Positions 1 through 8,610 of a stretch of DNA of 16,355 bases are shown one piece after another (position 1 is the first letter of the stretch; every line of letters starts with the position of its first letter). Origin of the DNA: an uncultured Chloroflexia bacterium (GTDB taxonomy: Bacteria; Chloroflexota; Limnocylindria; Limnocylindrales; CSP1-4). Made by a program: the position numbers and the translations under genes. The notes beneath the pieces were generated by a model. The model saw nothing but the letters and a program-made list of their open reading frames with translations. It had not been told where the DNA came from and did no database searches. The stretch is from assembly GCA_963768655.1 (NCBI GenBank), contig CAVYIM010000001.1, positions 1 through 16,355 of the forward strand. Direction: 5' to 3'.

Positions 1-70
1 TGCGCCAGCCAGAGCAGCCGGAAGTCCGGGCGGGCGAGCGGCGCGCGGAATCCTGTGGTCTGCGTCCCGG

Positions 71-763
71 TCATCCCTCGCCGCCGGTCCCCGCGTCCGC
101 TTTACGAGCCGCGCGGAAGAAGCCCACCAGCAGCCGGTACTCGTCGGTGGCCGCGGCTTCGCTGGACGGTTCGCGCCCGGCGCCCGCGGCCTCGCTTGTG
201 TCGCCCTGCTGCCCGAACTCGGAGAACTCGCGGACGAACGCTTCGAGCCGGGTTCGAAACTCGAGCGCGACCGACTCGGTCAGCCGGGCGTCGTCGAAGG
301 TGAGCGTGACACCCCGACTGCTCCTCTCGTCCGTGCCGAGCTCGACCTTGCCAGCCTCGATCGACCGCTCTATCTCCCGGCGCACCGTCGCGAAGACCAT
401 CGCGACGAACCGATCGACCGCTCGGGCCACCTCTGCTGGAGCATCCAATTCGCCGGCGAAGAGCCGATGGTCGACGGTGAGGCGCGACGGCCCGGCGTAG
501 CGCTTCTCGAGGATGCCGGACACGAGCCTCGTTCCGGTCACGCGGACCAGCCCGTGTTTCTCCAAAAGCGAGATGTGGTGGTAGAGCCTCGTCTGGCCGA
601 CGCCGAGAGCTCCGGCGATCTGCTTGACGGTCCACTCGCCTCGGCTCATCAGGTCGATCATCCGCATCCGAAGCGGATCCGACAGGACTCGGAGAGTCTC
701 GAGATCCCTCACCATGACCTCGTCGGGGAAGGATGAGTCTCGAGTCTCCGTCTCGTCCACCAT
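71..763 (-). CDS. ArsR-family winged helix-turn-helix transcriptional regulator
   Basis: Segment LETLRVLSDPLRMRMIDLM...TVKQIAGALGVGQTRLYHHISLLEKHGLVRV is an ArsR/HTH_20 pattern. Start placed at ATG 763 (GAGGGTG upstream); the ORF-track extension to 946 looks spurious. Confidence 0.85.
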   Translation of the reverse strand: MVDETETRDSSFPDEVMVRDLETLRVLSDPLRMRMIDLMSRGEWTVKQIAGALGVGQTRLYHHISLLEKHGLVRVTGTRLVSGILEKRYAGPSRLTVDHRLFAGELDAPAEVARAVDRFVAMVFATVRREIERSIEAGKVELGTDERSSRGVTLTFDDARLTESVALEFRTRLEAFVREFSEFGQQGDTSEAAGAGREPSSEAAATDEYRLLVGFFRAARKADAGTGGEG

Positions 764-785
764 GGCGTTCACCCTCACGATAGCA

Positions 786-801
786 TTCACGAATTGGTGA
801 A
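786..801. promoter_or_regulatory. Putative autoregulatory operator TTCAC-N6-GTGAA
   Basis: Inverted repeat in an AT-rich patch 23-38 bp upstream of the ArsR-type start codon. Confidence 0.4.
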
Positions 802-1292
802 CATAAGGTGCATGTTGAATTGGTCCCTGTCCACCCCCAGATCGGCTCCGGCCGGTGGCGATCCTCGCGGTGCCCGAAGTGGCGCCACCACGATCGCGGC
901 CGCGATTGACGGCCGTCCCGGCGGCCCGGTCCTGCCTCTTGCGCACCGCCGTGCGCGTTCAACTGTACCGGGCCCCGGTGGACTCGGGCCTCTCACAGCG
1001 CGAGCGAACGCGACCGATGCGGTCCACCGAAAGGGTCCGGGCCGGGCGCTCTTGCTCGCCCCGCGGGCAGATCCGACCAATCTCGGGTCGTGAGGTCGAG
1101 ATCGCACGCGCGGGTGAGCAGACTCGCCCGGAAGCGGAGGTGCGTGCGAGTCCGCCGGTCACGTTCGCTCGCCCGGTGAGAACGGCCGGCCGGTTTGGAA
1201 GGATGACGGCGGCCGCGGTCCGGCGCTTCCGGCGATGGCCCCGAAGGGCTCCGGGTACGCGGTTCATCGCGAGGGACATCCGCGCCGGCACC

Positions 1293-1301
1293 TGCTATCC
1301 T
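1293..1301 (+). promoter_or_regulatory. Extended -10 promoter element of the tRNA
   Basis: TGcTATCCT (TGn-TAnnnT) 13 nt before the mature tRNA 5' end. Confidence 0.5.
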
Positions 1302-1314
1302 TCGCCGTCGGCAC

Positions 1315-1391
1315 GGGCTCGTGGTGTAGCGGCCTAACATGCCAGCCTGTCACGCTGGAGACCGCCGGTTCGAATCCGGTCGAGCCCGCCA
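1315..1391 (+). tRNA. tRNA-Asp (GTC)
   Basis: Acceptor stem GGGCTCG/CGAGCCC, discriminator G, encoded CCA. Anticodon arm CCAGC-CT-GTC-AC-GCTGG (anticodon 1349-1351). T-arm GCCGG-TTCGAAT-CCGGT. Confidence 0.97.
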
Positions 1392-1405
1392 TTCGCGTCT
1401 CTCCC

Positions 1406-1436
1406 AGCCCCGTCCCCGCCCGGACGGGGCTTTTCT
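1406..1436 (+). terminator. Rho-independent terminator after tRNA-Asp
   Basis: Perfect 10-bp stem AGCCCCGTCC/GGACGGGGCT, 6-nt loop, followed by TTTCT. Confidence 0.85.
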
Positions 1437-1598
1437 CGACCGCGGCCGCACCACGTCTCGGAGTCGCGCCGGCGCCCGGCCGCCGCCGGCGCCTCAGCGG
1501 TGCCGCGGCAGAACTCGCGTGCCAAGACCCGGCCGCTGACGCACAATCAGGTTGAAGGCGCCGCGTGGACGGCGTCACCTCACCCGGAGGGCGAACGA

Positions 1599-2786
1599 AT
1601 GAGCGGCCGAGTCATCGTGGTCGGCTCGGTCAACATCGACCTGGTCGCGCGCGTTCCCCACCTGCCGGGTCCCGGCGAGACGGTGACGGGTGGCAGCTAC
1701 GAGCGCCACCACGGTGGCAAGGGCGGCAACCAGGCCGTCGCCGCCGCCCGCCTTCGCCGGCCGACTCTCTTCATCGGCGCCGTGGGCGACGATACCTTCG
1801 AGCAGGAGGCCAGACGAGCCCTCTCGTCCGAACGAGTGGACGTCTCCATGGTGGCGTCTCTGTCGGGCCAGCCGACCGGCGTCGCGCTGATCCTGGTCGA
1901 TGCGACCGGCGAGAACGAGATCGCCGTCGTGCCGGGCGCCAACGGCGCGATCGAGGCCGGCTACGTCCGCGAGTGCCTGGCCCGGCTGGGCCCCCTCGTC
2001 GGCGACGTGATGCTCGTCTGCAATGAAGTGCCGCTCCACGTCGTCCGCGAGGCCCTGCTGTGCGGGCAGGCGGCGGGCGCCACCACGATCCTCAATCCGG
2101 CGCCGGCGATCGGCATCGACCGCGCGATCTTCGGACTGGCCGATATCGTCACGCCGAATCGCAACGAGCTGGCGACGCTGCTCCAGACCGAGGCGACCCG
2201 GACCGGGCGCAGAGTCGACGTCAGCACGGAGGCGGCCGTGCGGGCCCGTTCACTGCTGGAGCCGGGACCGGACGGCCCCGGCGTCCGCAAGGCGGTCATC
2301 GTCACCCTCGGCGCCGCCGGTGTCGTGGTCCTCGAGCGTGCCGGTACGGGCCTGAGCGCGACCGGCGGCCCCTCCGCGGCGCCGGAAAGCGCCGCGGTCG
2401 GCGAGGGCGCAGGAGGGACCGGCAGCGCGGCGAGCGCCGAAGGGACGGGTGCCGGGGGGACAGGAGCCGCGACCGGTGCCGCGACCGCTGGGATCGCGGG
2501 CTCGGGCGACTCACCCGCCGGAGTTCGCGCGAGCGCGAGCCGTCGCGGCGAGATCCGCGTCTGGGAAGTGTCGGCCGATCGCGTCGACACGGTCGACAGC
2601 ACGGGCGCGGGCGACGCCTTCTGCGGGGCCCTGGCCGCGGCCCTGGCCGAGGGCCGCCCACTGGCGGAAGCCGTCAAGCGGGCGGTTGCCGGCGGGGCAT
2701 TGGCCACCACTCACGTCGGGGCGCGCGAGGGGATGCCGACCTTCGCCGAGCTCGAGGAGTTTCTGGCGGCTCGAGCGGCCGTCTAG
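1599..2786 (+). CDS. rbsK: Ribokinase (PfkB family)
   Basis: VVGSVNIDLV, GGKGGNQAVAAARL, ILNPAPA, TPNRNE, VTLGAAG and VDSTGAGDAF motifs. SD GGAGGG at 1586-1591 before ATG 1599. Confidence 0.85.
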   Translation: MSGRVIVVGSVNIDLVARVPHLPGPGETVTGGSYERHHGGKGGNQAVAAARLRRPTLFIGAVGDDTFEQEARRALSSERVDVSMVASLSGQPTGVALILVDATGENEIAVVPGANGAIEAGYVRECLARLGPLVGDVMLVCNEVPLHVVREALLCGQAAGATTILNPAPAIGIDRAIFGLADIVTPNRNELATLLQTEATRTGRRVDVSTEAAVRARSLLEPGPDGPGVRKAVIVTLGAAGVVVLERAGTGLSATGGPSAAPESAAVGEGAGGTGSAASAEGTGAGGTGAATGAATAGIAGSGDSPAGVRASASRRGEIRVWEVSADRVDTVDSTGAGDAFCGALAAALAEGRPLAEAVKRAVAGGALATTHVGAREGMPTFAELEEFLAARAAV

Positions 2787-2832
2787 ATGCAGGCGGCCCC
2801 GGCCTGGTGAAGCCGATTGCTCGCGCGACCGT

Positions 2833-3672
2833 TCAGGTCGCCGTGGTCATTCGGGGCCGATCCAGAGCCGGAGCGCCCAGTCTCGCCGCGAGGTAGCAGA
2901 CGAAGGCGATCGTCGTCACGTAGAAGCTCACCGGGACCGCGGTCACAAGGGCGAGCAGGATCCCCCCGAGAGTTGCGAGGAGGGCTACGCCGACGCTGAC
3001 CACGGTCGCCAGTCCCGGCCGAGCCGTCAGGCGTTCCGCCGTGGCCCCGGGCGTGATCAGCAGCGTCAGGATGAGCAGCACACCCACGACCTGGACTGCC
3101 TCCGCCACGGCGGCCGCGAGCATGAGCAGGAACAGGATCGAGACGAGGCGAACCGGCACTCCACGTGCCTCGGCCACGAGCGGATCCACGGTCGCGAAGG
3201 TGAGCGGCCTGTACATGACGCCCAGGCCCACCAGCGTCAGCGCGGCCATCGCCGCCAGAAGGATCAGGTCGCCCTGGCTGACGGTCGAGATCGCCCCGAA
3301 GAGAAGAATCGAGAAGGCCTCGGTGGCGAACTGGGCGTTCAGCGTGATGAAGAGGACCCCGAGGCCCAAACCGAAGGCCATCACGACACCTACCACCGCG
3401 TCACGCTCGCGGATGCGCATCCCCAGCGTACCGATGAAGAAGGCGGTCACGAGAGATCCCGTCAGGAGCCCGAGGACCGGAGAGAGACCTATGAGGATGA
3501 AGCCCGCCGAACCGGTGAATCCGACTTCGGCCAGGGCGTGCACCGCGAACGACATGTTGCGGGCGACCACGAAACGGCTGACGAGTCCGGCGACTATCGA
3601 CACGAGAACGCCGGCCAGCAGCATGTCCTGGACGAATGCGTAGGGGAGCAGGTGGAGGAGCTGGTCTATCAC
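2833..3672 (-). CDS. Zn/Mn ABC transporter permease (ZnuB-like)
   Basis: Multi-TM protein with SFAVHALAEVGFTG, LLFGAI and VQVVGVLLILTLLITP motifs. GTGA overlap with the upstream ATPase. Confidence 0.9.
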   Translation of the reverse strand: MIDQLLHLLPYAFVQDMLLAGVLVSIVAGLVSRFVVARNMSFAVHALAEVGFTGSAGFILIGLSPVLGLLTGSLVTAFFIGTLGMRIRERDAVVGVVMAFGLGLGVLFITLNAQFATEAFSILLFGAISTVSQGDLILLAAMAALTLVGLGVMYRPLTFATVDPLVAEARGVPVRLVSILFLLMLAAAVAEAVQVVGVLLILTLLITPGATAERLTARPGLATVVSVGVALLATLGGILLALVTAVPVSFYVTTIAFVCYLAARLGAPALDRPRMTTAT

Positions 3673-4550
3673 TGCTGCGCTCTCACCGGCTCCGGGAAGT
3701 GGTGCGGTTCGTCGATGTCGAAGCCGGCGCCGCTCGCCTCGCCGACCACGACGATCCGGCCGCGCACTCGCAGGACCTCGACCGGGGCGTCGTACAGCCC
3801 GGACATCCTCTCGCTCGTGAGGACTTCGTCGGTGGGACCGGCGGCCCAGCGGCCGTTCACCACGAAGACGACGCGGCGGGCATAGCCGAGCACGGGGTTG
3901 ACGTCGTGGGTCACGAACACCACCGTGCCATGCCTTTCGCGCGCCCAGCCGCCTATCAGCTCAGTGATCTCCTGCTGGTAGCGCATGTCCAGGCTGGCCA
4001 GCGGCTCGTCGCAGAGGAGCAGGTCCGGGTTGCCGACGAGAGCCTGGGCGATCCGGAGCCGTTGCTGCTCACCGCCGGAGAGACGGCCGATCGGTTCATC
4101 TGCGTATGGTCCGGCCGCGACGGCTTCCATCGCCCTCGCCACCCGCAGCCGATCCTCCCGGGACAACCGCCCGAAGCCCCAGCGGTGGCCGTCAACGCCC
4201 AGGCCCACGAGATCCCGTCCGCGAAGAGGGACGTCGCGGTCGAACCCGGCGTGCTGCGGGACGTAGCCGATGGCCGGGTTGCCGCGCCGCGGCGCCGCGC
4301 CGAGCACTTCGAGCTTGCCGCTCGCCAGGGGCGCCAGGCCCAGCAGGGCGCGCAACAGCGACGTCTTGCCGGATCCATTGGGCCCGAGCACTGCCAGGAA
4401 CTCGCCCCGAGGCACCGTCATGGACAACTCCGACCAGACGACGCGGTCGCCGTAGGCGAGGGTCGCCCGATCGAAACAGATCGCCGGCTGGTCCGACGGC
4501 GACGCTCCGACGGACGCGCCCGGACCCTGAGCCCTGCCGTTGCCGCTCAT
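3669..4550 (-). CDS. Zn/Mn ABC transporter ATP-binding protein (ZnuC-like)
   Basis: Walker A GPNGSGKT, IGYVPQ, signature LSGGEQQR, Walker B LLLCDEP, H-loop VTHD. ATGA overlap with the upstream gene. Confidence 0.92.
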   Translation of the reverse strand: MSGNGRAQGPGASVGASPSDQPAICFDRATLAYGDRVVWSELSMTVPRGEFLAVLGPNGSGKTSLLRALLGLAPLASGKLEVLGAAPRRGNPAIGYVPQHAGFDRDVPLRGRDLVGLGVDGHRWGFGRLSREDRLRVARAMEAVAAGPYADEPIGRLSGGEQQRLRIAQALVGNPDLLLCDEPLASLDMRYQQEITELIGGWARERHGTVVFVTHDVNPVLGYARRVVFVVNGRWAAGPTDEVLTSERMSGLYDAPVEVLRVRGRIVVVGEASGAGFDIDEPHHFPEPVRAQQ

Positions 4551-5467
4551 GCGCCCCCTCCGAGCGCCGATTCGATCGCGTTGAGTTGGGCGAGTTGCCA
4601 GCCGACGAACGAGTCGCCCGGGGGCATGGTCTCGGACACGCCGACGATCGGCACGCCCGACTCGGCCGCCAGGGTCTTGATGCTTTCGGTCACCGGGGAG
4701 ACGGCCTGGTTGTTGTAGAGCAGGAGCTTGACCTTGTGACCCGTGAGCAGGTCCTGCTGAGCCGCGACATCGGACGGGGCCGGGTCCGTACCGCTCTCGA
4801 TCGCCTTGGCGAAGCCCTCCGGCGTGAGCACCGGGAAGCCCAGGGCTGTGAGCAGATACGCAGGCACCGGCTCCGTGTATGCGACCGGCGTGGCCGGGTA
4901 GCGGGCCTTCAACTCGGCGATCCTGGCGGTCAGGGGCGCGAACGATGCCAGGTAGGTCGCGAGGTTCGCCTCCACCGTCGCCTTCGACGCCGGCCGAAGC
5001 GCTTCGAGCGCGTCGGCCACCGCACGGGCAACCTTCGGCATCGTGCTCGGGTCGTACCAGACGTGCGGATTCACGCCACTCGGGAGGCCGAGCAGGGTCT
5101 GGACGTCGATCACCTTGCGGTCGGCGCGGGGTGAGGCGCTGATCAGCAGGTCGACGAAGGAGTCGTAGCCGAGCCCGTTCTCCACGACCAGCGTGGCGTC
5201 GGCGACGGCCAGGGTGTTCTGCGAGGTGCTCTCGTACGTGTGAGGGTCGACGTTGGGGTTGTTCAGGATGCTCGTGACGGAGACGAGGTCGCCGCCGATC
5301 CTCGAGATGAGATCGCCGTAGAAGTTCTCCCCGGCGACGGCGTCGATCTTTCCGCCCGACGTGCCGGCCGGCGAGCTGCTCGACGAGCAGCCGGCGAAGA
5401 CCAGTACGACGTAGGCAAGGCCGAGGGCCAGCCAGGTTCCGCGGCTTCGGGCGCGCGTTCGGCTCAT
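4547..5467 (-). CDS. Zn/Mn ABC transporter substrate-binding lipoprotein (ZnuA/TroA-like)
   Basis: Lipobox VFAG-C, metal-binding motifs DPHTYE and NPHVW, ENGLGYD. ATG 5467 overlaps the Fur stop (ATGA). Confidence 0.9.
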   Translation of the reverse strand: MSRTRARSRGTWLALGLAYVVLVFAGCSSSSSPAGTSGGKIDAVAGENFYGDLISRIGGDLVSVTSILNNPNVDPHTYESTSQNTLAVADATLVVENGLGYDSFVDLLISASPRADRKVIDVQTLLGLPSGVNPHVWYDPSTMPKVARAVADALEALRPASKATVEANLATYLASFAPLTARIAELKARYPATPVAYTEPVPAYLLTALGFPVLTPEGFAKAIESGTDPAPSDVAAQQDLLTGHKVKLLLYNNQAVSPVTESIKTLAAESGVPIVGVSETMPPGDSFVGWQLAQLNAIESALGGGA

Positions 5468-5922
5468 GCCCCGCCTCCGCTGCCGGCGCCGGCCCCCGCG
5501 CCGGCGCACTCAGGGCAGGTCCCGAACAACTCCAGGCGATGAGCCTCGATCAGGAAGCCGCTGCGCCGTCCGATCTCATCCATCAGCCGGGCCAGGTCGC
5601 CGTCGACGATGTCCTGGCTTCGCCCGCAACTCGAACAGACGAGATGATGGTGATGTTCGTCCGGGTCGCAGACCACGTAGGCATGCGAGCCGGTGGGGAG
5701 GTCGAGCCGCTCCACGACCCGCAGCGACGTGAGCAATTCGAGTGCCCTGAAGACGGTCGCCCGGCCGATGTTGACTCTCTCGCGACGGCCCCGCTTCAGG
5801 AGGTCGGCCGCCGTGAAATGGCCGCCGGTGGCCGCAACGAGTTGCGCCACCAGGCGCCGGTTCGGCGTTGCCTGGTAACCTGCCCGTTCGAGCGCCTGGA
5901 TAATGCGTTCTGTCTGGTCCAC
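5464..5922 (-). CDS. Fur-family metalloregulator (probably Zur-like)
   Basis: GHFTA, GRATVFRALELL, HHHHLVCSSCG and GTCPEC motifs. Heads the metal ABC operon; start inferred at GTG 5922. Confidence 0.9.
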   Translation of the reverse strand: MDQTERIIQALERAGYQATPNRRLVAQLVAATGGHFTAADLLKRGRRERVNIGRATVFRALELLTSLRVVERLDLPTGSHAYVVCDPDEHHHHLVCSSCGRSQDIVDGDLARLMDEIGRRSGFLIEAHRLELFGTCPECAGAGAGAGSGGGA

Positions 5923-5924
5923 TG

Positions 5925-5971
5925 TGATACCCGGTCTCAGGTTCGGGGCAGGATGATACCAGGTCTCATCC
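5925..5971. promoter_or_regulatory. Two Fur/Zur-type 7-1-7 operator boxes overlapping the operon promoter
   Basis: TGATACC-C-GGTCTCA (5925-5939) and TGATACC-A-GGTCTCA (5954-5968; extends to 10-1-10 over 5951-5971). The second contains a minus-strand extended -10, TGgTATCAT. Confidence 0.7.
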
Positions 5972-6070
5972 GCGTATGTCGAGTAACATATTCGGACGCT
6001 TCGGCCGGTGCGCCCGCGGGCGAGAATGGGCAGACATGGCCCGGACCGGCGCCACTCGAAGGCAGGATGA

Positions 6071-6595
6071 ATGACAGAAACGAATATGGCCGCTACGCCG
6101 GCCCGGCCGTCGCTGTGGCGTCGGATCAGGGGCATTCACCCTGGTCTCGTCCTGGCAACGCTCGACCTGATCGGGCTTGCCGTCGCCTCGTACCTGTCGT
6201 TCGAGGAGCTCATCCCGGGCGGCGAGGTGCAGTGCAAGATCGGCAACTTCGGGATCGGCGGCTGCCAGGACGTCGCGCATAGCGTCTACTCCCGGCCGTT
6301 TGCGGGCATCCCGGTCGCCGTCTACGGCGTCTTCCTGTCCATCACGCTTTTCACCCTGGCCATCGCCTGGTGGCGTACCAACAACTACAAGCTGCTGCTC
6401 CTGCACTACGGCCTGTCGCTGATCGGCGTCGCCTTCGAAGGCTGGTTCCAGTTCGCCCAGGTCTTCCTGATCCACGCCGTTTGCATCTGGTGCGAAACGT
6501 ACGGGGTGTCGCTGATCCTCAAATTCCTGATCGCGCTCTGGGTCTACCTTCACACGCCGAACCCTGACAAGGTCCCGGTCGACGAGCTCACCTGA
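6071..6595 (+). CDS. Vitamin K epoxide reductase (VKOR) family disulfide-bond oxidoreductase
   Basis: Loop Cys pair C-KIGNFGIGG-C, VAHSVYS, GIPVAVYG, active-site CIWC, several TM helices. Confidence 0.92.
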   Translation: MTETNMAATPARPSLWRRIRGIHPGLVLATLDLIGLAVASYLSFEELIPGGEVQCKIGNFGIGGCQDVAHSVYSRPFAGIPVAVYGVFLSITLFTLAIAWWRTNNYKLLLLHYGLSLIGVAFEGWFQFAQVFLIHAVCIWCETYGVSLILKFLIALWVYLHTPNPDKVPVDELT

Positions 6596-6634
6596 CCAAC
6601 AGCCACTCCTCCTGAGAACACGAGGGTTTACGCG

Positions 6635-7600
6635 ATGACATCCAACCGTCCGAGTGGGCGCCCCTCCAACGGCGGCAGCGTGCCGCCGACCAGCCGCCGC
6701 TCCGCCAGGCAGCAGCGCCTGGCGGCCAGGGAGGCGAGTCGGGCCCTGGCTCGGGCCGGGACGCGCGGCTCGGGTGGCTCTCGTGGGCCTCTCATGCTGT
6801 TCACGATCATCGCCGTCGTGGTCGCGGCGGTAGTGATCGGCGGTGCCTATTACCTGACCAATCAGCCTGCGCAGCTGCAGCCGCTGCCCAGCCCCAACCC
6901 GCCGGTGGGCAGCGCCGTGACTCCGATGACCATCCCGCACAACGGCATGACGCTGGGCGATCCGAATGCGAAGGCCACCATCGATCTCTACGAGGACTTC
7001 CAGTGCCCCGTCTGCCGCGACTTCACCGCTGACACGGAGCCGGAGGTCGTCGCCAATTTCGTCAAGACCGGCCAGGCCAAGATCGTCTGGCACGATTTCA
7101 TCATCATCGACTCCAACACCGGTGGCCACGAGTCGCTGGACGCCGCCAACGCGGCCCGTTGCGCCAACGACCAGGGCATGTTCTGGCCCTACCACGACTG
7201 GCTCTATGCCAACCAGTACGGGGAGGGATCCGGCGCGTTCACAAAAGTCCGCTTGAAGGAGATCGGCCAGCTGGCCGGCATCCCGGACCTGACCAAGTTC
7301 GACACGTGCGTCGACAGCGGCACCCACAACGCCGAGATCCAGGCCGAGACCCATCCGTCGGACGCGACCGGCACTCCGTCGATCTACGTCAACGGCGGCA
7401 GCGTCCTCTCGGGCTACGACTACGGGACAATTTCCAACGCCCTCGACAAGGCCCTGGGCATTACGCCCAGCCCGTCGGCGGGCGCCTCGGCCGGCGCGTC
7501 TTCGGCGCCCTCGGCCAGCGGATCGGCCGGCGCGACTCCGTCCACATCGGCCACGCCATCGGCGACCCCGACTCCGACGTCAGGGGCGACGGCGTCCTGA
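6635..7600 (+). CDS. Membrane-anchored DsbA-family thiol-disulfide oxidoreductase 1
   Basis: N-terminal TM anchor, LGDPNAKATIDLYEDFQCPVC, AANAARCA..QG.FW, cis-Pro loop GTPS, Ser/Thr/Pro/Ala-rich C-terminal tail. Confidence 0.9.
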   Translation: MTSNRPSGRPSNGGSVPPTSRRSARQQRLAAREASRALARAGTRGSGGSRGPLMLFTIIAVVVAAVVIGGAYYLTNQPAQLQPLPSPNPPVGSAVTPMTIPHNGMTLGDPNAKATIDLYEDFQCPVCRDFTADTEPEVVANFVKTGQAKIVWHDFIIIDSNTGGHESLDAANAARCANDQGMFWPYHDWLYANQYGEGSGAFTKVRLKEIGQLAGIPDLTKFDTCVDSGTHNAEIQAETHPSDATGTPSIYVNGGSVLSGYDYGTISNALDKALGITPSPSAGASAGASSAPSASGSAGATPSTSATPSATPTPTSGATAS

Positions 7601-7733
7601 TCTGAGATCCGGCTCGGTCTCCGAGCCACGCGCAAGAACGGGTCGGTGGTGCCCGCGGGGGCGCCGTCGGCTTCGAAGCCGAGACTCGGCCGGAAATCCA
7701 AGGCCGGCGGATCGGCCGCACAAGGAAAGGGCG

Positions 7734-8579
7734 ATGGCAGCCAAGAAGCGAAGCGAACGCCGCTCCCCCGGCGGCACGGTTCCGCCCAACGGTAATCGGC
7801 GACCCGATCTGCGGGGACGTCCGGCCGGCGGGCAGTCCAATCGCGCGCTGGCGCGAGCCGGGACGCGGGGATCCGGAGGGGACGGCCGCGGCTCCCTGAT
7901 GCTTTGGAGCGCCGTCTTCGTTGTCATCGCCGGCCTGGTGGTTGGGATCGCCCTTTTCGTAACGCAGTCCGGTAACGGCTCCTCCGGCGCCGTGGTCTCT
8001 CCCAGCGTGGTCACCCCGGCCGGCATCGCGTCTCAGGGTCGGACGCTGGGCGACTCGAACGCGCCCGTGACGGTCGACCTGTACGGCGATTTCCGGTGCT
8101 CCGCGTGCTTCGATTTCGCGACCGGTGGCACGGAGGCGAGCCTGGTGGAGAACTACGTGGCGACCGGCAAGGTCAAGCTGGTCTGGCACGACTACCTTTC
8201 GATCGACATGATCCAGGGCAACTCGGCATCGCGCGACGCCGCCAACGCCGCCTGGTGCGCGGCCGACCAGGGCAAGTTCTGGGTTTTGCACGACTGGCTT
8301 TATGCCAACGACGAGGCGCCGACCGAGGCGGCTTCGGCCTTTACTCCGGCCAGGCTGTCGGCCATCGGGAAGGCGGCCGGACTCGACATGTCGACCTTCC
8401 AGACCTGCCTGAGCGGGAGCAAACACGAGGCCGACATCGCGGCCGAGCAGAAGGCGACGCCCTCGGAGGTGACCGGAACGCCCACCGTCTTCGTGAACGG
8501 TAAGCTGGTGACGGGTGGCACGCCCGGCACCTGGCCCCAGTACGATCAGCTCAAGGCGGCGATCGACGCGCTCAGCTGA
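7734..8579 (+). CDS. Membrane-anchored DsbA-family oxidoreductase 2 (paralog)
   Basis: TM anchor, LGDSNAPVTVDLYGDFRCSAC, AANAAWCAADQGKFW, GTPTVFVNG. AAGGAAAGGG upstream of the ATG. Confidence 0.9.
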   Translation: MAAKKRSERRSPGGTVPPNGNRRPDLRGRPAGGQSNRALARAGTRGSGGDGRGSLMLWSAVFVVIAGLVVGIALFVTQSGNGSSGAVVSPSVVTPAGIASQGRTLGDSNAPVTVDLYGDFRCSACFDFATGGTEASLVENYVATGKVKLVWHDYLSIDMIQGNSASRDAANAAWCAADQGKFWVLHDWLYANDEAPTEAASAFTPARLSAIGKAAGLDMSTFQTCLSGSKHEADIAAEQKATPSEVTGTPTVFVNGKLVTGGTPGTWPQYDQLKAAIDALS

Positions 8580-8610
8580 GCCCTCGCGCGGTCTCCCGGC
8601 CGGCCGCCGA

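Noticed and set aside
830-1290. Several overlapping ORFs in the GC-rich spacer before the tRNA
   Set aside because: Arg/Pro/Ala-rich translations typical of non-coding high-GC DNA; no RNA motif recognised.
1315-1440. tRNA-Asp as an island or prophage integration site
   Set aside because: Terminator is intact directly downstream, no integrase, and I saw no duplicated tRNA 3' end in the window.
5975-5990. Palindrome TATGT-N6-ACATA in the Fur/VKOR intergenic region
   Set aside because: Only 5-bp arms, single copy, no assignable regulator.
2449-7354. Long antisense or alternate-frame ORFs (e.g. 2449-3885, 3636-4718, 5966-7354)
   Set aside because: Shadow ORFs of well-supported genes, caused by stop-codon scarcity at high GC.
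7611-7690. Short palindromes between the DsbA genes (GGCTCGG-TCT-CCGAGCC; GCCGAG-A-CTCGGC)
   Set aside because: No U tract and short GC stems are expected by chance; at most mRNA-stabilising hairpins.
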